This document shows, one piece after another, positions 1 to 18,919 of a DNA stretch of 64,000 nt (position 1 is its first letter; the number at the start of each line of letters is the position of its first letter). Source of the DNA: the human T2T-CHM13v2.0 reference genome, Homo sapiens; the NCBI RefSeq assembly GCF_009914755.1, contig NC_060937.1, one strand, 5' to 3'. The notes under the pieces were generated by a model. The model saw only the letters and a program-made list of their open reading frames with translations. It searched no databases and had not been told where the DNA came from. A program made the position numbers and the translations under genes.

Positions 1-3
1 AAG
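1..3 (+). CDS. FRY: FRY exon, last 3 nt (partial)
   Basis: aag|gtaata donor; phase-2 AG joins the G at 2034 to give Arg, fitting the ...E-R-F-S-N... sequence recalled for FRY. Confidence 0.6.
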
Positions 4-1684
4 GTAATAAGTTTGTCCTTTTTCCAGTTTATTTTCATAAATACCAGTCTGATTTAGTTGGCCGATTTGTATGAAACTAAGCCAATGTCTTAGATATTCT
101 GTTCTTATAGATTCACAAATGCCCAAAAGATATAACAGTGAAGAAGATTTGAGGTATGAAGTTACTGGGGAAAAGATAGCTGTCAGGATGGGGGAAATGT
201 TGTTGCAAATATCTAAAAAGTGAATGAAACCAAGCTCATTACAGTACATTTCTGTAATTCAGCAAATCCAAATCACTGATGCAGTGCCCTAAGGTTGTAC
301 ACCTGGGACAAGATGGGCATCTTAATGGTACATCCAGGAGTTTTTGCTGAAACGTTACTCTTTCTCCACACATTAGTAAGGACAGCAATAGCCCTGCACC
401 TTCCAGTGTCCCCAAAAGAAATAGAGTATTGATCTGTTATGAGTTAAGTCAGAATACCCGGTGAGTAATGTAGAGGGACACACCTATTTTGGCTTGAGTT
501 TTCCAGGTATTTCTAGATAGCCTTAGTTCTTTGTTTTGGCTACATATATATTAAGTTGATAAAACCTGCTGTGTATCATTTTATATAAAATAAATATAGA
601 CATACCATTTTGCCCACACTGCCCCTGAACCACACCCTTGCCCTACCTTGTAGTCCTCTGTTTGAGAAATATGCTATTGATTTCTTTCTAGAAATCCTAG
701 ATAGAAGCATAATAACTAATACCTTATAGTCCGACAGTGTCTTGCAGTTTTGGAAACACTCTCAAACATACTTTCTTTTGTTCCCCCAAATAACCCTAAT
801 TAAATAAAAGACAGAGTATTATTATGATGCCCTTTTTGCAATTGTGGAAATAAGTTCCCCAGGGAGGTAGAGGCCTTGGCCATGGTTACAGAGCCAGTGA
901 GAGAGAGCTCAGCCTTAAAGCTCCACGCAGGGAGTTGGCATGGCACTGAAGGCCTCCTGCACTGCCACCTCCCTGCGGTCAACACTAGACAAGGTGTATA
1001 ACTTCGCCTCCCCTCAGTTTCCTCATTGTAGAATAAATAATGCTTATCTCAAAGATGAGTGAGCAAGATTAAATAAGATGATGTCTATGAATTAACTATA
1101 CTTCAACATTTTTATTTTCTTTGTTGTTGTTGTTTTGTTTTTGTTTTTGTTTTGTTTGTTTTTGGTGGGGGTTACTTCTTAACAAGCCACAAGAGAGGCC
1201 AGACCAGAGAGTCTTTCTGGTGACATTACTCCCCAACTAGGACCTTTCCCTGAACACTCTCAAACTATTTTAAGAGAAACTTTAATGCTGGGTAAAGTCC
1301 AAGATTTATTATAAAGCTATTTTTGTGTATTTCCCATTCTATGTACTTTGAGTTGTTTAATCATTCAGGAAATATTTATTGACCACCTACTGTGTGTCAG
1401 CCTATGTAAATAAGGGAATCATGTTATTCAGTATCATGCCCATTTTCTTTCCAAAGCAAATGTTACCATTTTCTAGTTCAGTTGAAATATTAGGCTTAAA
1501 ATTTTTATCTTTTCAAGGTTTGGACTTGTGCTTATGAGCAAGAGTGACCACTGACCCTCTCAAGGAAACAAGAAATGTTTGGGGTACAATTTTTACAGCA
1601 TTCCTTTAAGAAAAGCACCATTGGCAACTAGCAGCTGAAAAACCAACTGCTAAATCATAGTGTCAGTTTATGAGTAAGAGCGTA

Positions 1685-2175
<491 letters not shown>

Positions 2176-2324
2176 TGAGTGTTCTGATTGTTCTTGGTCT
2201 GATTACTAAAAGGGCCTATAGATATTAAGTAACCATTTAATCCACCTATGCAGATGAGCATAGAGTCAGCATCCTCAAAAGTTAAAAAAAAAAAGAAAAA
2301 ACCATGGACAAATCAAAATTATAA

Positions 2325-2675
<351 letters not shown>

Positions 2676-2763
2676 GTGTTTTTATATTCTTGACATTTTT
2701 TCTTGGTGATGCAGCTGGGGAAAATACACTAAGTCATAGTCCCATTAGAAAACACATGTTGTT

Positions 2764-3099
<336 letters not shown>

Positions 3100-4790
3100 T
3101 CACTCAGGATAGGATCTGTTCCTATGTTGAATTTCTCAATGGCATAGTCTCCATAGCCTATTGAAAGCCTTGCTAACCTGGGAGTTAGCTTTGTGACAGG
3201 AATTTCTTCTGGTAGTTGGGAAAACCAAAAAGGTCAGTGCATTTACTGATTTTGTTTAAGCCCTGGACAGCTTCTGTAGATATTGAGCAGATACAGAGTA
3301 TTAATTGGTCACAAGTTACAGAAATTCTGAAACCAAAGAACGCTCCCAGTGACATTTCAGATTTGCTAAGGGAATCAGTATCTTGTGGGATTTATTCTTT
3401 TTTGTCAGAAATTGTAAATATACTGACATTTCATGAGTTAAGTTCATTTCGTAAGTTGGTGCTTTGAATTGTTGTTTTGAATTGTTTTGTTTTTACAGAA
3501 ATGTGCAATGTCAGGTAAGAACTAGGTAGTTCCAATAAGGCCACATTTCAGCTACCCTTGTTCTACTTCTGAATGCACAGACAGGCAGTTCTCTACCATT
3601 AAAATACTAATGGAAGGCGTGTCTAGAATCCATATGTAATTATCATGCTCTAATGTAGGTTAAGTTTCAGCTATGTCCCTATAAAACCTTCACTAGAGCT
3701 GTCAATAGGAAGTAAAATAAAGCTGTTTGTGTTTTCCTTCCTTTGTGTGTCCCCTCAGGGGATTGTACCATCCAAACACTGAATAGTCAAATCTCAGTAC
3801 CATAGGCCGTTACTTCTAGAAGGCACCAGATTTTAGAGATGAGGAAAGTAGTACTTGAGAAATGGAGAGTTGGTTCAAGAAAAGTCTGGTTACTGTGGCA
3901 ATATCTGGTAACCCAAAGTTTGAGGACAGAAAAATTTAAGTTTAGGCCACCTTAATTCCTCTCAGCACATTTTGGCTGATTGGATATATATCTGAAAACA
4001 TCACTGAAACAAAGAATAACATATCCCTTCCTAACAGAAATCTCACAATTTACTTTTTAATTCTTCAATATTCTCCCTTTTTGTTTCCCTTTCAAGTTTT
4101 ATTGAAGAGTAGCTAGTTACCTAGCAGTACATTTGGCAACTGACTTATCCTGGATGATTATCTGAGAAGTTAATTTGTTGCAAGTAAGTTACTTGTAGGT
4201 AATTTGCTGAGAGTTAGAACTGAGATGAGTTACTAGTGCATCTGCTTTAAATTTTTTCCAGGCTAAAATTGTTGTGGCCAAGCTTCATGGCATAGAATTA
4301 TAGGGTTCTGGCTGCTCACTTGTCAGTGTATTAGAAAAAGCCAGTAGTCACTCTTCCTGAGGGAAGTCCTGACCTTTTCCACTGAAACCCTCTTAGCCAC
4401 ATCCCATGAAAAGTGGGATGTTCTTGGTTCTGGTTTTCTGATGCCTGTCCTCCTTCAGAGCCTCAGTTGTCACAACAGGAAGACACCCCTCCACCAGCTC
4501 TGTAAATGTTAAGGCCAGCATTCTACACTGGACCAGCAGCATCAAACCAATGACTTCACACTACCTTGCAGAAGTGAAGGAAAGAAAAATTATGTTATAA
4601 TAAAATTGCCTAAAGACGACATAGTATGTTCTTCCTCTTAATACATAAACTGATCCCAAGAATAAACCAGCTGGTCTGCAGCCAAATACCTGGGTTAAAT
4701 CCTGTGCCCACCTGTATTGCTCTTCTTAAATGCTGCTGGCCTGCTTTGGGAGCATGATAAGAAATAAACATGGAAAGTGTTGCTGTACTT

Positions 4791-5124
<334 letters not shown>

Positions 5125-5128
5125 TGAC

Positions 5129-5985
5129 GTTCATTCATTCAACAAATATTTATTGATGCTTTACCATGTGCCAGGCACCATTGTAGGTAGTAGGGAGAAA
5201 ACAATGAACAGAACAGAAGAAGTCCCCACTCTCCTGGAGCTTACATTAGAGTTGGGGAGGGAGGTGGTGCTGGTGAATTGGTGATCCATGGGTGGAGGGG
5301 GAGGGACTAAAGCAGAGCGAGCAGGGTAGAAAGTGATTGGGGTTGGGGGTCAATTTACATAGAGTAGTCAAGGAAAGCTGCTGTAATAAGGTGATATTAG
5401 GGCAGAGACTTGAATGAAGCAAAGAAGTGAGCCATGCAACTGTCTGCAGATGAGCATCCTAGCCATAGGGAGCAGCAGATACAAGGGCCCTGAGGCTGTA
5501 TGGGGCCCAGCCTGATCACAGAACAGCAAGGAAGCTAGGAGTGGGGTGAGCAAGGGTGCGCTGGTAGGAGATAAGCCAGGAGAGGAACATGGAGGGGGAA
5601 GACCTTGTAAGGCCTTAAAGGCCACGGGTGTGGATTTGTGGAGAGCCGCTGGAGGGTGTTGAGCAGAGAAAGAGACACTACTGAACTTGTTTTACAAGAA
5701 TTGGTCTGTCTGCTCTGTGGAACACAGACCTCAAGTGATCTACCCGCCATGGCCTCCCAAAGTGCTGGGATTACAGAGGTGAGCTACCGCGACCAGCCAA
5801 AACTGTGCTTTATTGAGATGAGGAAGACTGCAGGACAAGGATGGAAGCAGTGAGACAGTTAAGGAGGCCATTGCAGTGGCCCATGCAAGAGAGGATGGTG
5901 GCTTAGTCTAGAAGTAGTGGTGAAGATGGAGAACAGTGCTCAGATTCTGGAGATGTTTTGAGGGCAGAGCTCTCTGAATATGTGG
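5129..5985 (-). mobile_element. L2 LINE relic
   Basis: ttcattcattcaacaaatatttattga...tgtgccaggcac, the L2 3' end signature. Confidence 0.75.
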
Positions 5986-6241
5986 ATGACAAGTTACTGA
6001 ACCTCACTTTCTTCTCTACAAAATGGGGATAAAATAGATACCTATCATTGGGCCATTAATATGTGAAATGCATAGGCCAGTGCCTGGCATCAAGTAAGCC
6101 CTCTGTGCTAGTTCCTAATGTTATGATTTTTATTATTGTTGTTATCGTCATCATCACTGTGATTATTATTTGGGTATGGGATATGAGGGGAAAGTCGGGG
6201 ATGACTTTAAGTCTCTTGTCCTGAGCAAACTGGAAATATGA

Positions 6242-6545
<304 letters not shown>

Positions 6546-6786
6546 AAACTGTGCTTTATTGAGATGAGGAAGACTGGAGGAAAAGCAAATTTTCATAGAG
6601 ATGGGAATTCAACACGATTTAATGTTTTTCTTTTCGTATATCTGTATTCTGCTTTGCTTTATAATGAATAATTATAAATTAGTTACCAAGTAATAACTAT
6701 GCAAGTAGTTACCCAAACAAGTAATTCTCACCCATTTGATCATGTAATTCATACTCACCAAATGAAATCATTAGAAAGTTATTTCT

Positions 6787-7410
<624 letters not shown>

Positions 7411-7452
7411 AAAGTTATTTTTACAAGCATACATTTTTAAAATTTATTCTGA

Positions 7453-7674
<222 letters not shown>

Positions 7675-8161
7675 TGAGCAGCATGTGTGGGGAGAAGGAA
7701 ATCTTAGCTTTGACTGGACTTTTCTACCTATGACAAGAGAAAAACCTAGTCCAGGTCCCACCACATTAAATTATCTTATCAATCAGTGGGATCCTGCCTG
7801 ATTTGACTGTCAGCTTCCAGCATATTAGCAGAGTTTGGTCAAATGTTAATCAACATTCAAAGCTGCCTGTGACCTTTGAATTTCTCCTTGATGTAATCTG
7901 GATATGGGCATGCATTCTGTGATGCTTTTTAGACTGTAAGCAACTTGATGAGAGGGACCTTGTCTTTGATTTCTCTTCATCCCTTAGCTCTTATTGCCTA
8001 GTGGCTAGTAGACTCTCCTTTATGTGATTAGCTCAACCAATGTTTCTTATTGTTGTGGAGCTCTATGCTGTGTTACAAGTTAAACTCTATTTCCCCCGAA
8101 TAAGAGCCTTATATAATGTTTTAAAAACACTTAAGAGTTATATTGTACTGTAACTTAATGA

Positions 8162-8362
<201 letters not shown>

Positions 8363-9039
8363 TAAAAATATACAGAAGTAATCCGTGGAGATTTCCTTTC
8401 ACATTGACATCCTGTTTGACTCATTTCGGGAATATTCTGTCTCCACCATTTTTCATTGCCCTTTTGTGACATCTGCTCTGAAATGTCAGCTACTTGGTCA
8501 CTGTTTGAAATTGCTCTATTTCTACCATGTAAATACAGTGGTTTCTCACTAGTGCCACATCTACAAATATATCCAAAATAAGTTGGGCCTTTTTGAGAGT
8601 CTTCGGCTGAAATGGTAAATTTTAAGCTATGAGGCATAGTCAGCGTATAAAAAGAAAGGATATAGGACGGAGTGGGCCAAGCCCTGAGCTTTGTAGAGCA
8701 AAAATGGGAAGGGGAACCAGCCAGGGAAACTCAGAAATTCAGTTAGAAAGAGACTAATAAAATTAGAATCTTTCAGTAACAGGGATATCCAAGGAGGAGA
8801 ACATCTCAAGAAGAAGGAATGCTAACCACATCAAATGCTACAGAGAGGTCAAGAAAAGTTCATCTATCAGCATTTTATGAGAACATTTTACTTAAGAAAT
8901 AAAGCATTTTATTTTTCCTAAGCCCAACTCCTGTATGTTGGTAACCCAAACAATAACAAAGAAAACTAAACATTCTTTTAACATGTTCCTCCTGAGTATC
9001 CTGGAATCTTTACTATCCCTGGAATCTAAACGAGCTTAA

Positions 9040-9312
<273 letters not shown>

Positions 9313-11001
9313 TAACTAACTGCGGGTGCCAGTGGAGCCCAAGTTAACTTCTCTCATGCTATGACCTCCAACTTTCCACGTGGTAAATCAACAGTACAAT
9401 AAATACACACCATTTCACTTGATGTGAACTTGCCTCTCAAAAGCTTTCTTTATTATTGAATATTTAAAATATATTTTTCCTGGTTATATATATGATTGCT
9501 GCCCCATTGAATATGTTCCTCCTGATGCATTGGAAATGTAAGTGCCCATTGGCCAGGAGCAGCAGTCTAGAACACCGAAGGATGAGAACACACAAAATAG
9601 TGACCCTTGCTACTGCCTGAGAGCAGGTCACAGCCAAGGTGCCGGATGTATCACTTGTGTGCCTTCTAGTGCCCATGAAGGAATTTTCACTTTTGAATGA
9701 TTGACCTTTTCCTTGAAGACACCATTAGTGGGAGCCTGTTAAAAGCCATTGCTGTTTTGAAACCAAAAAAAATTCTTAGAAATAGGAACAGATGGCATTA
9801 ACTGAGACAAAGAAATTACTCTGCCATGTCACGCCATTCATGAAAACGGGTAATAGTGGTTTTCATTTAGAACCAGAACGTTTAAAATATCTTAAAATGA
9901 TGATGAAGATTACCAACTAACAGAGTTCAGGGACTAATTTTTTTTTTACCTATTCATTTTACACATCGCATTGGCGCCAGCTGTGGTGCGACATTTCACA
10001 TGTCACTGTGTGCTTTCTGCATTACTGTGAAAAGGGTGCACCTTTTATTTATCACTTGTACCCACCACTGTATTGGCTTCTAACAGATGTTAACATAGTT
10101 GTTTGGAAAACAAATATGAAATCATCATTATCTCTAAGACCTAAGGCCTACTGACCTCAATTTAAGCACTTCACTTTGAACCAAGCTACACTTAATTGAA
10201 AATAACCTATCAATAGCCTCTTAGAAACACAAAACTCCCTTTGCTGTAGATGTTTAAACTGAAGAGTTCTAGCTGCTCTAAGTCCTGAGGATAAGAATGT
10301 ACTTTCTTAAATGTTAGGCAGAGAAAACTGTAATATCTGATAAGTTGGGTATCTCTGTGTAATCAGTTTTGCATTTATTATACCACTGATATGGTATAAA
10401 TGATTTAAAGTGAAGATTTACCAAAAACGCATACAATATTCATAGGCAAGACAAACAGTAGATAGCTAAAGTGACTGGCTCTACAGGACACAGGGAATAG
10501 GTGTACAAAGATTATGGGAAATGTTCTTTTTTTATAAATATTTATTAAGCACCTAGTTTCAACTATAGTTGCTTTAAATACACACTAAAAATGTGTGTGA
10601 CAGAAATTATTGTCTTGACTTTATTATAATAGAACACTGAGATACAGAGAATTCCATAAATTCCCTGAGGCTACACTATAAGTGGCAGAAATGTTATTCA
10701 AACCCAGGACTCCTCACTTCTAATTCAGTATATCTATCAGACACACACCAGCACTACATACTTTTTATGATTATTAAATAGGGGAAAAGGGATAGTTGCA
10801 TATATACATTTTCAAACCCACAGCCTACCCAGAGGTATAGAATGTCAACCAAGTATATAATGAAGAAACAGTATTTGCTTATGCCATATTTCTTTGAATA
10901 CCATAAAACATATTCTATTAAAATATATCAATATACACATAATACTAAAGCTTCTGGGCACATTTACTCAAAAATATTATGTAAAAGTAACCAGCCATTA
11001 A

Positions 11002-11337
<336 letters not shown>

Positions 11338-11496
11338 CGTTTCACATGTTTAAGAAGACTAATACCCAGGAATAATTTATTAAGAGCACAGTTAGTAGAT
11401 GAACTGTTACAGTTGAACTGGTTGTTTGCCTGGTCCATGCATGCATACAAACACGCATACATACCTTCCTTTTATAGAAAGTATCAACTAAAATAG

Positions 11497-11943
<447 letters not shown>

Positions 11944-13344
11944 TAATAAGGGGTTAGGAGTCCGCTGCTGTTTGCAGGTTGGTCTTTCGGAAAATTGCCA
12001 ACGCTTTAAACCACACAGATGGAAAAGTGATCCTGGGGTTCTAACAAAGTCCTGTTTCTCTTCTCAATTGCAACTGCTGGAGTCTGTGTGAACAGACACT
12101 GAGATACAGAGAATTACAATTTGTGAAAGGCAGACATCAATAGCAGTTTCTAGGATCCCACTGATGTGACAGTTGATGGGCAAGGGGATTTTGTGGATAA
12201 TGATGATGCAGCAGATGGAGGCAGGAGATGGTAGTGCCCCACAGTGAGCATGCCTTTAGCCATCTATCAGAGCTGCCAGGGGTTAGTAGTTCTGAGACTT
12301 GGCAGAGAACTTCACTCTGGAAATCAAGGATATTAGCCATGATCAACCCAGAAGCAGCTGCCAAGGGGACCATTGTCTGTTCATCTGGTCCAAAGAGTCA
12401 TTTGTAAAAGGCAGTCAGAAACCAGAAACAATAGGAAGCATAATAGGAAAGGAATCAAACTAATAAATCAAAACCAAGAAAAACTGCAAGTGGTACTGGT
12501 TAGGTCTTCTGGTTCTTCTTATTAACCATTTAGCTTGTAAGGCTTCAGGATTTCTAACACCCTGCGGTCTGGTAGTTGTGTAAAACATGCTTACTTGTGA
12601 CTGGGTGGCATGCTCCCCTTTCTCAGTGAGTTAAGTCCTGGAAATCTACTCTGTGTATGTGTTATCTAATATCTCATGTGATCTTGCTTTCTTCAGCTAA
12701 TGCATCAATTAATGCAAACAATAAAAAAAGAGTATTTTCTTTCCACAATTCATGATTCAGGTTATTTTGTGCAGCTCTCAACTTAATGTGGGATTTAATG
12801 TGCAGGAAGCTTAGGACAGGAGCTGATGGTGCCTACATACAGTATGCCTGCACATACAGGGTACTTCAGAGACCCGCATGATTTGTGGAAAGGAAAAGTA
12901 TTGTCACCACTCACCATCTGTCAGTACCACGTGTTTGGAATAACTCTCCTCTGAAGTTCTCCCACCTGGCTCCATTCCATTCTTACTGTTGAAAACCAAG
13001 TAGATGACAGAGGCTGTGTATTCAGTTTGATTGTACGGTATTTGCAGCTTGATGTGATCCTGATAAAAGCCTTATCTCTGCAAATGCTAAAATGTGAAAA
13101 TTGAGTCCATGTCTAAATCTTTATTTCACTTAACATTTGATATCATTTTACTTAACAAACAAACATGTAGCACTTATGATATGCCAAGCACTGTTCTGGT
13201 GAATTGGGAGGTTTTAATTTTGTAAATGAATTTAATTTAAAACATTTTAAAATGACTCTATAAATTAGATGTGTTTTGAGTATGCTGATAAGGTTTATAA
13301 GACTGAAATGTACTTCCAAAATAATTCATAAAATTGTTTAAAAT

Positions 13345-14368
13345 ATTTTTTTAACTCACATTTTAAGTTCAAGGGTGCATGTGCAGGGTATGCAGGTTTG
13401 TTACATAGGTAAACGTGTGTCAAGGGGGTTTGTTGTACAGGCTATTTCACCAGCCAGATGTTAAGCCCAGTATCCATTAGTTGTTTTTCCTGATCCTCTC
13501 TCTCTTCTACCCTCCGCCCTCCAGTAGGCCCCAGTGTGTGTTATTCTCCCCAATGTGTCCATGTGTTCTCACAATTCAGCTCCCACTTATAAGTGAGAAC
13601 ATGCGGTATTTGGTTGTCTGTTCCTGCGTTAGTTTGCTAAGGTGATAGCCTCCAGCTCCATCCATGTCACTGCAAAGGATATAATCTTGTACCTTTTTAT
13701 GGTGGCACACTATTCCATGGTGTATATATAGTTTGCTAAGGTGATAGCCTCTAGCTCCATCCATGTCCCTCCAAAGGATATAATCTTGTACATTTTTATG
13801 GTGGCACAGTATTCCGTGGTGTATATTTCTTTATCCAGTCTGTCACTGATGGGCATTTGGGTTGATTCCGTGTCTTTGCTATTGGGAATAGTGTTACAGT
13901 GAACATATGCATGCATGTGTCTTTATAATAGAACAATGTATATTCCTTTGGGTATATACTCGGTAATGGAATTGCTGGGTCGAATGGTATTTCTGTCTCT
14001 GGGTCTTTGAGGAATCGCCACACTGTCTTCCACAATGGTTGAACTAATTTATACTCACACCAACAGTGTAAAAGCCTTCCTTTTTCTCCACAACCTTGCC
14101 AGCGTCTATTATTTTTTGACTTTTTAATAATCACCATTCTGACTGGTGTGAGATGGTATCTCACTGTGGTTTTGATTTGCATTTCTCTAATAGTCAGTGA
14201 TGTTGAGCTTTTTTTATATAATTGTTGGCTGCATGTATGTCTTCTTTTGAGAAGTGTCTGTTCATGTCCTTTGCCCACTTTTTAATGGGTTTTTTTTCTT
14301 GTAAATTTGTTTAAGTTCCTTATAGATGCTGGGATTAGATCTTTGTCAGATGCATAGATTGCAAAAAA
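13345..14368 (-). mobile_element. L1PA-type LINE-1, 5'-truncated 3' fragment
   Basis: ORF 13796..14278 resembles the L1 ORF2 C-terminus ([37 protein letters not shown]); L1 3'UTR follows. Confidence 0.95.
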
Positions 14369-14416
14369 ATTAAATATGTTATATGTTTGGAGTCAGGACT
14401 GTATGTGTAGTTTTAA

Positions 14417-14653
<237 letters not shown>

Positions 14654-15709
14654 TGATGATTACAGCGCCTTAAAACGGTCCTGCACTCCACATCCATAGC
14701 ACGAGCATATTCACAGGGGAGTTCTGAAGCTTGTTCAGATGCTGCCTAACTGCATGGTATTTAATGCCGTGTATATTTGCATTATGCTATATCAAATAAT
14801 TTTCCCAACATACTTGTTCTACTTCTTTCATTTACCTTACTAGAATTAAACTGTGCCTATAACATTTTCTTTAAAGAAGGCTATGAGGAATAAATCTCAT
14901 TGACTCTCATCAGTCTCAACAATGAAAAATAGTCTGGTTAAATGGCTGGTTGAATGGTCAAACAATTTTTTTTTAATTGTGATAAAATGTTTTTGGCTTT
15001 AAAAGTTTTTGCTAACAATTCCTGTGCAGATGACTATTCAATATTCTAAATACAGTGTGACTCCTTTAGCATTATGATACTTAAGTGTTTGCCTTCTGCT
15101 GAATTCCTTCAGGTCCAAGTTGGCCTGGGCTGATTTGTGTGTGAAACTTAAATCCGGTTTCTCAACATGTTGTAAAACCATCTCTACCTTTTTTTCCTCA
15201 CACCAGGCTGGCAATATTAAATCCAGCTCCCTGGCTTTTCCAGCTGCTCTGGTAATTAGCACATTTCCCAGTTTGAAACATTTTGGATTAGCCACATATC
15301 TTTTCATTATCAGAGGACACTTACTAAAAAACAAAAGATACTGACAGACCGAAATGGGAGAGTCATTTCTAGGAATAGACTTCCGTTTCTAGTTTTCAGT
15401 TTCCCCTTTGGAATTTGTTTAAAATATGAGGACCTCAAAAGCCAATTAATAATTGAACACAGACTGAAGGAAGCAGTTTACTATTTGTATGTAAACCATT
15501 AATTAATCTAAAATCTTGGATTGAATGAAAATAATAAACATGAGAAAATGTATAAATGCCTTATGCTGAATTCTTGGAGGGTACTTCAGGCTGCATAAAG
15601 TCTAAGTCTTTTTGCACCTTGACCAATTTTTACTGATTCTGATTTCCTTGTACATCCCTGCTTTTGGCCTGTTTTCTCTATACATACACAATGTATTCCT
15701 GGAAACACG

Positions 15710-16090
15710 TGTTAGTCAGGGCGGCATAGCTGCTGTAACAAACAGCCCCCAGAGCTCAGAGGCTTAACACAACAGAAGGTTATTCCTGGGTCCTGTAACA
15801 GTTCAGTGCAGGTGTTTGGCAGGTGGCCTTCCGCTAGGTGCTTCAGGACCCTCCAGCCTGAGGCTGTGCCACCCCCTAGGCTGAGGCCTCTGCTGGGCCC
15901 TCTGCATCCAGCCAGCAGGTGGAAGAAGAGAGAGTGAGAAGAGGATTCCTCAGGATGAGTTGACACCCCAGGCTTAAATGGGGTATCCAGTGGGTTTTTT
16001 TCCACATCCCATGGGCCAGAACTCGGGCACCTGGGCACACCTAACTGCAAGGAAGACTGGGAAGTATAGATTCACTGTGTGGCTGGAAAG
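15710..16090. mobile_element. MaLR (MLT1-type) solo LTR relic
   Basis: tgttagtcag...gctgctgtaacaaac...ggcttaacacaacagaaggtttattc pattern. Confidence 0.65.
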
Positions 16091-17039
16091 AAAAAGAAAC
16101 CTTTTCCTTTTCTCAAAGGACACTGTTGTGATGGTGGAGTCTGAGGTCCTACTAGTACAGTTCTAGCCTTCAGGTTCATTGTGATTTAAATGAGCATTTG
16201 CTCATTTGAATCACATTTATCATTTGCCAGGGTACCTAATCTCCACACATAAAATCACAAAATCATTTGCCAGGGTACCTAACTTCCACATATAAAAAAA
16301 AATAGGTTAAGTAAACAAACCTTTATTTTGATAAACAAAATAAAGACATAAAAAGCTTTTTTGAAGCATCATTCATAAGATACGAGCAGCCTACATGGGT
16401 TTAATCCTACGTTTACTACCCTGAATGTGTCTGAAGTCAATTTTCCAGGACCCTCTGTTTTCTCTGCAGGAACATTTTCTTGTATAATCTATTTGTCCCT
16501 AGGGTCAAGTAGCCAAGCTGCAACTAAGAGCAATGACATTGAATTATCCCTTCTGGCCCACTTTCATGTAGCAGCCAAATGTGCTGCAGAGCCTCTGTGT
16601 CATAGAGACAGCCTAAGTCTCTGTTTTCATTCAGTCCTCCTACCCTTGTAGTCTGCTTTTCTCCCTACAGAGAGGCACAGCAAGTATATAATTTAATGAC
16701 CTAGAATTCAGTCATGAGCTTTATCTTACATTTTCATTCCCATCTGATCAAATGGTTTTCTGATTACTGAGATTACCTTTGTACAATTGGAAAAACAAAT
16801 ATTCAGGCAAAAGTTTAAATTATGGCTGCCTTCTTCACAGTATCTACACTTCAATATCTGCATATCAATAAAGCAAAGACTTTGGCACAGGCCTTAGTTG
16901 TGTTTTGAGTTGAATAGATCCACTAACAGCTTTCCTCTCTTCTGAAATTTCCTCTACTCTAACAAACTTACAAAAAAAGGAGAGTATTCTATGTAAAAAA
17001 AGTAGTACAGAAGAATAATACGTGAAAATAGCAGAGTAA

Positions 17040-17250
17040 TAAATAAGAATACATTTGTGAACCTATGTTATGTTTCAGACACTATACTAGGCACTTTGTA
17101 AGTTGTTTAATTTTCACAACAACTGTACGAGACAAGTTAAAGATAAGGAAACAGGCTCATGGAGAACAAATTCCTTTCCCAGAGTTAGAAAGCCTCTGAT
17201 TCAATACCAGGACCATCTTGTTCCAAAGCCTTTTTCTACTACACTATACC
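17040..17250 (-). mobile_element. MIR relic
   Basis: ctaggcactttgta...tcacaacaact...gataaggaaacaggctca. Confidence 0.6.
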
Positions 17251-17290
17251 TCCCTAAGATTTATTCAGAATTTGTTTTTATTTTAAAATG

Positions 17291-18075
<785 letters not shown>

Positions 18076-18630
18076 TGAAGGATGAGCTCTCTCATCTCAA
18101 TGAGGTGTAAACTATTTTTGAGCCTTTCTTCTGTCAACAATTATTCCAGCCATCTGGACATGTACAATATATTTTTTCAATTTTAGAGGTTGACTTTTAT
18201 ATTTACAAAAATTATTCCAAGGAGCCTTGTTCTAGAAATTCAGTGGATATTATCTCTTTTATATAAGCCAACAACTGGAAATCCTCTGGTGGCTTCTTCT
18301 TTGTTGTTTTTGTGGTTGGTTTTATTTGGCAGGCGGCCAGGGGATTATTTTGTATAGTTTGGGGTTTCTGGCTGCCAACCTAGGATGCAGTTATACAGTC
18401 TCCCTACCCAGAGCAGGGACCTCCACTGTATCTGTCCAAAGCACTACCTCTCTCTCTATGGTTAGTCTCCAGTAGACTGAGAAGAGCTGAAGAAGGAATG
18501 GAGAGTGACTGCCACAAGGAGGCCCTCAAGATAGAGCCCAGAGATTGGGAAGCTGAACAGGTTGAGAGCTGCTGGCATTACAAGCTCACTGGCTCCGGCC
18601 AAGTCCTTCTTTCCCTTCAGAAATGTTCCT

Positions 18631-18919
18631 GGCTGGGCAGTGGCTCAAGCCTATAATCCTAGCACTTTGAGAGGCCATGGCGGGCAGATCACTTGAGGCC
18701 AGGAGTTCAAGATCAGGCTGGCCAACACGGTGAAACCCCTTCTCCACTAAAAATACAAAAATTAGCTAGGCGTGGTAGCACACGCCTATAATCCGAGCTA
18801 CTCAGGAGGCTGAGGCAGGAGAATCACTTGAACCCAGGAGGCAGAGGTTGCAGTAACCCAAATCGTGCCATTGTACTCAAGCCTGGGCAACGGAAGTGAG
18901 ACTCCATCTCAGAAAAAAA
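18631..18919 (+). mobile_element. AluS
   Basis: Alu consensus; perfect TSD agaaatgttcct. Confidence 0.95.

Noticed and set aside
3725-3765. Orphan acceptor ttttccttcctttgtgtgtcccctcAG
   Set aside because: No convincing downstream donor or FRY-like reading frame.
13796-14278. 160-aa minus-strand ORF resembling L1 ORF2p
   Set aside because: C-terminal remnant of a 5'-truncated L1 with no promoter or RT core.
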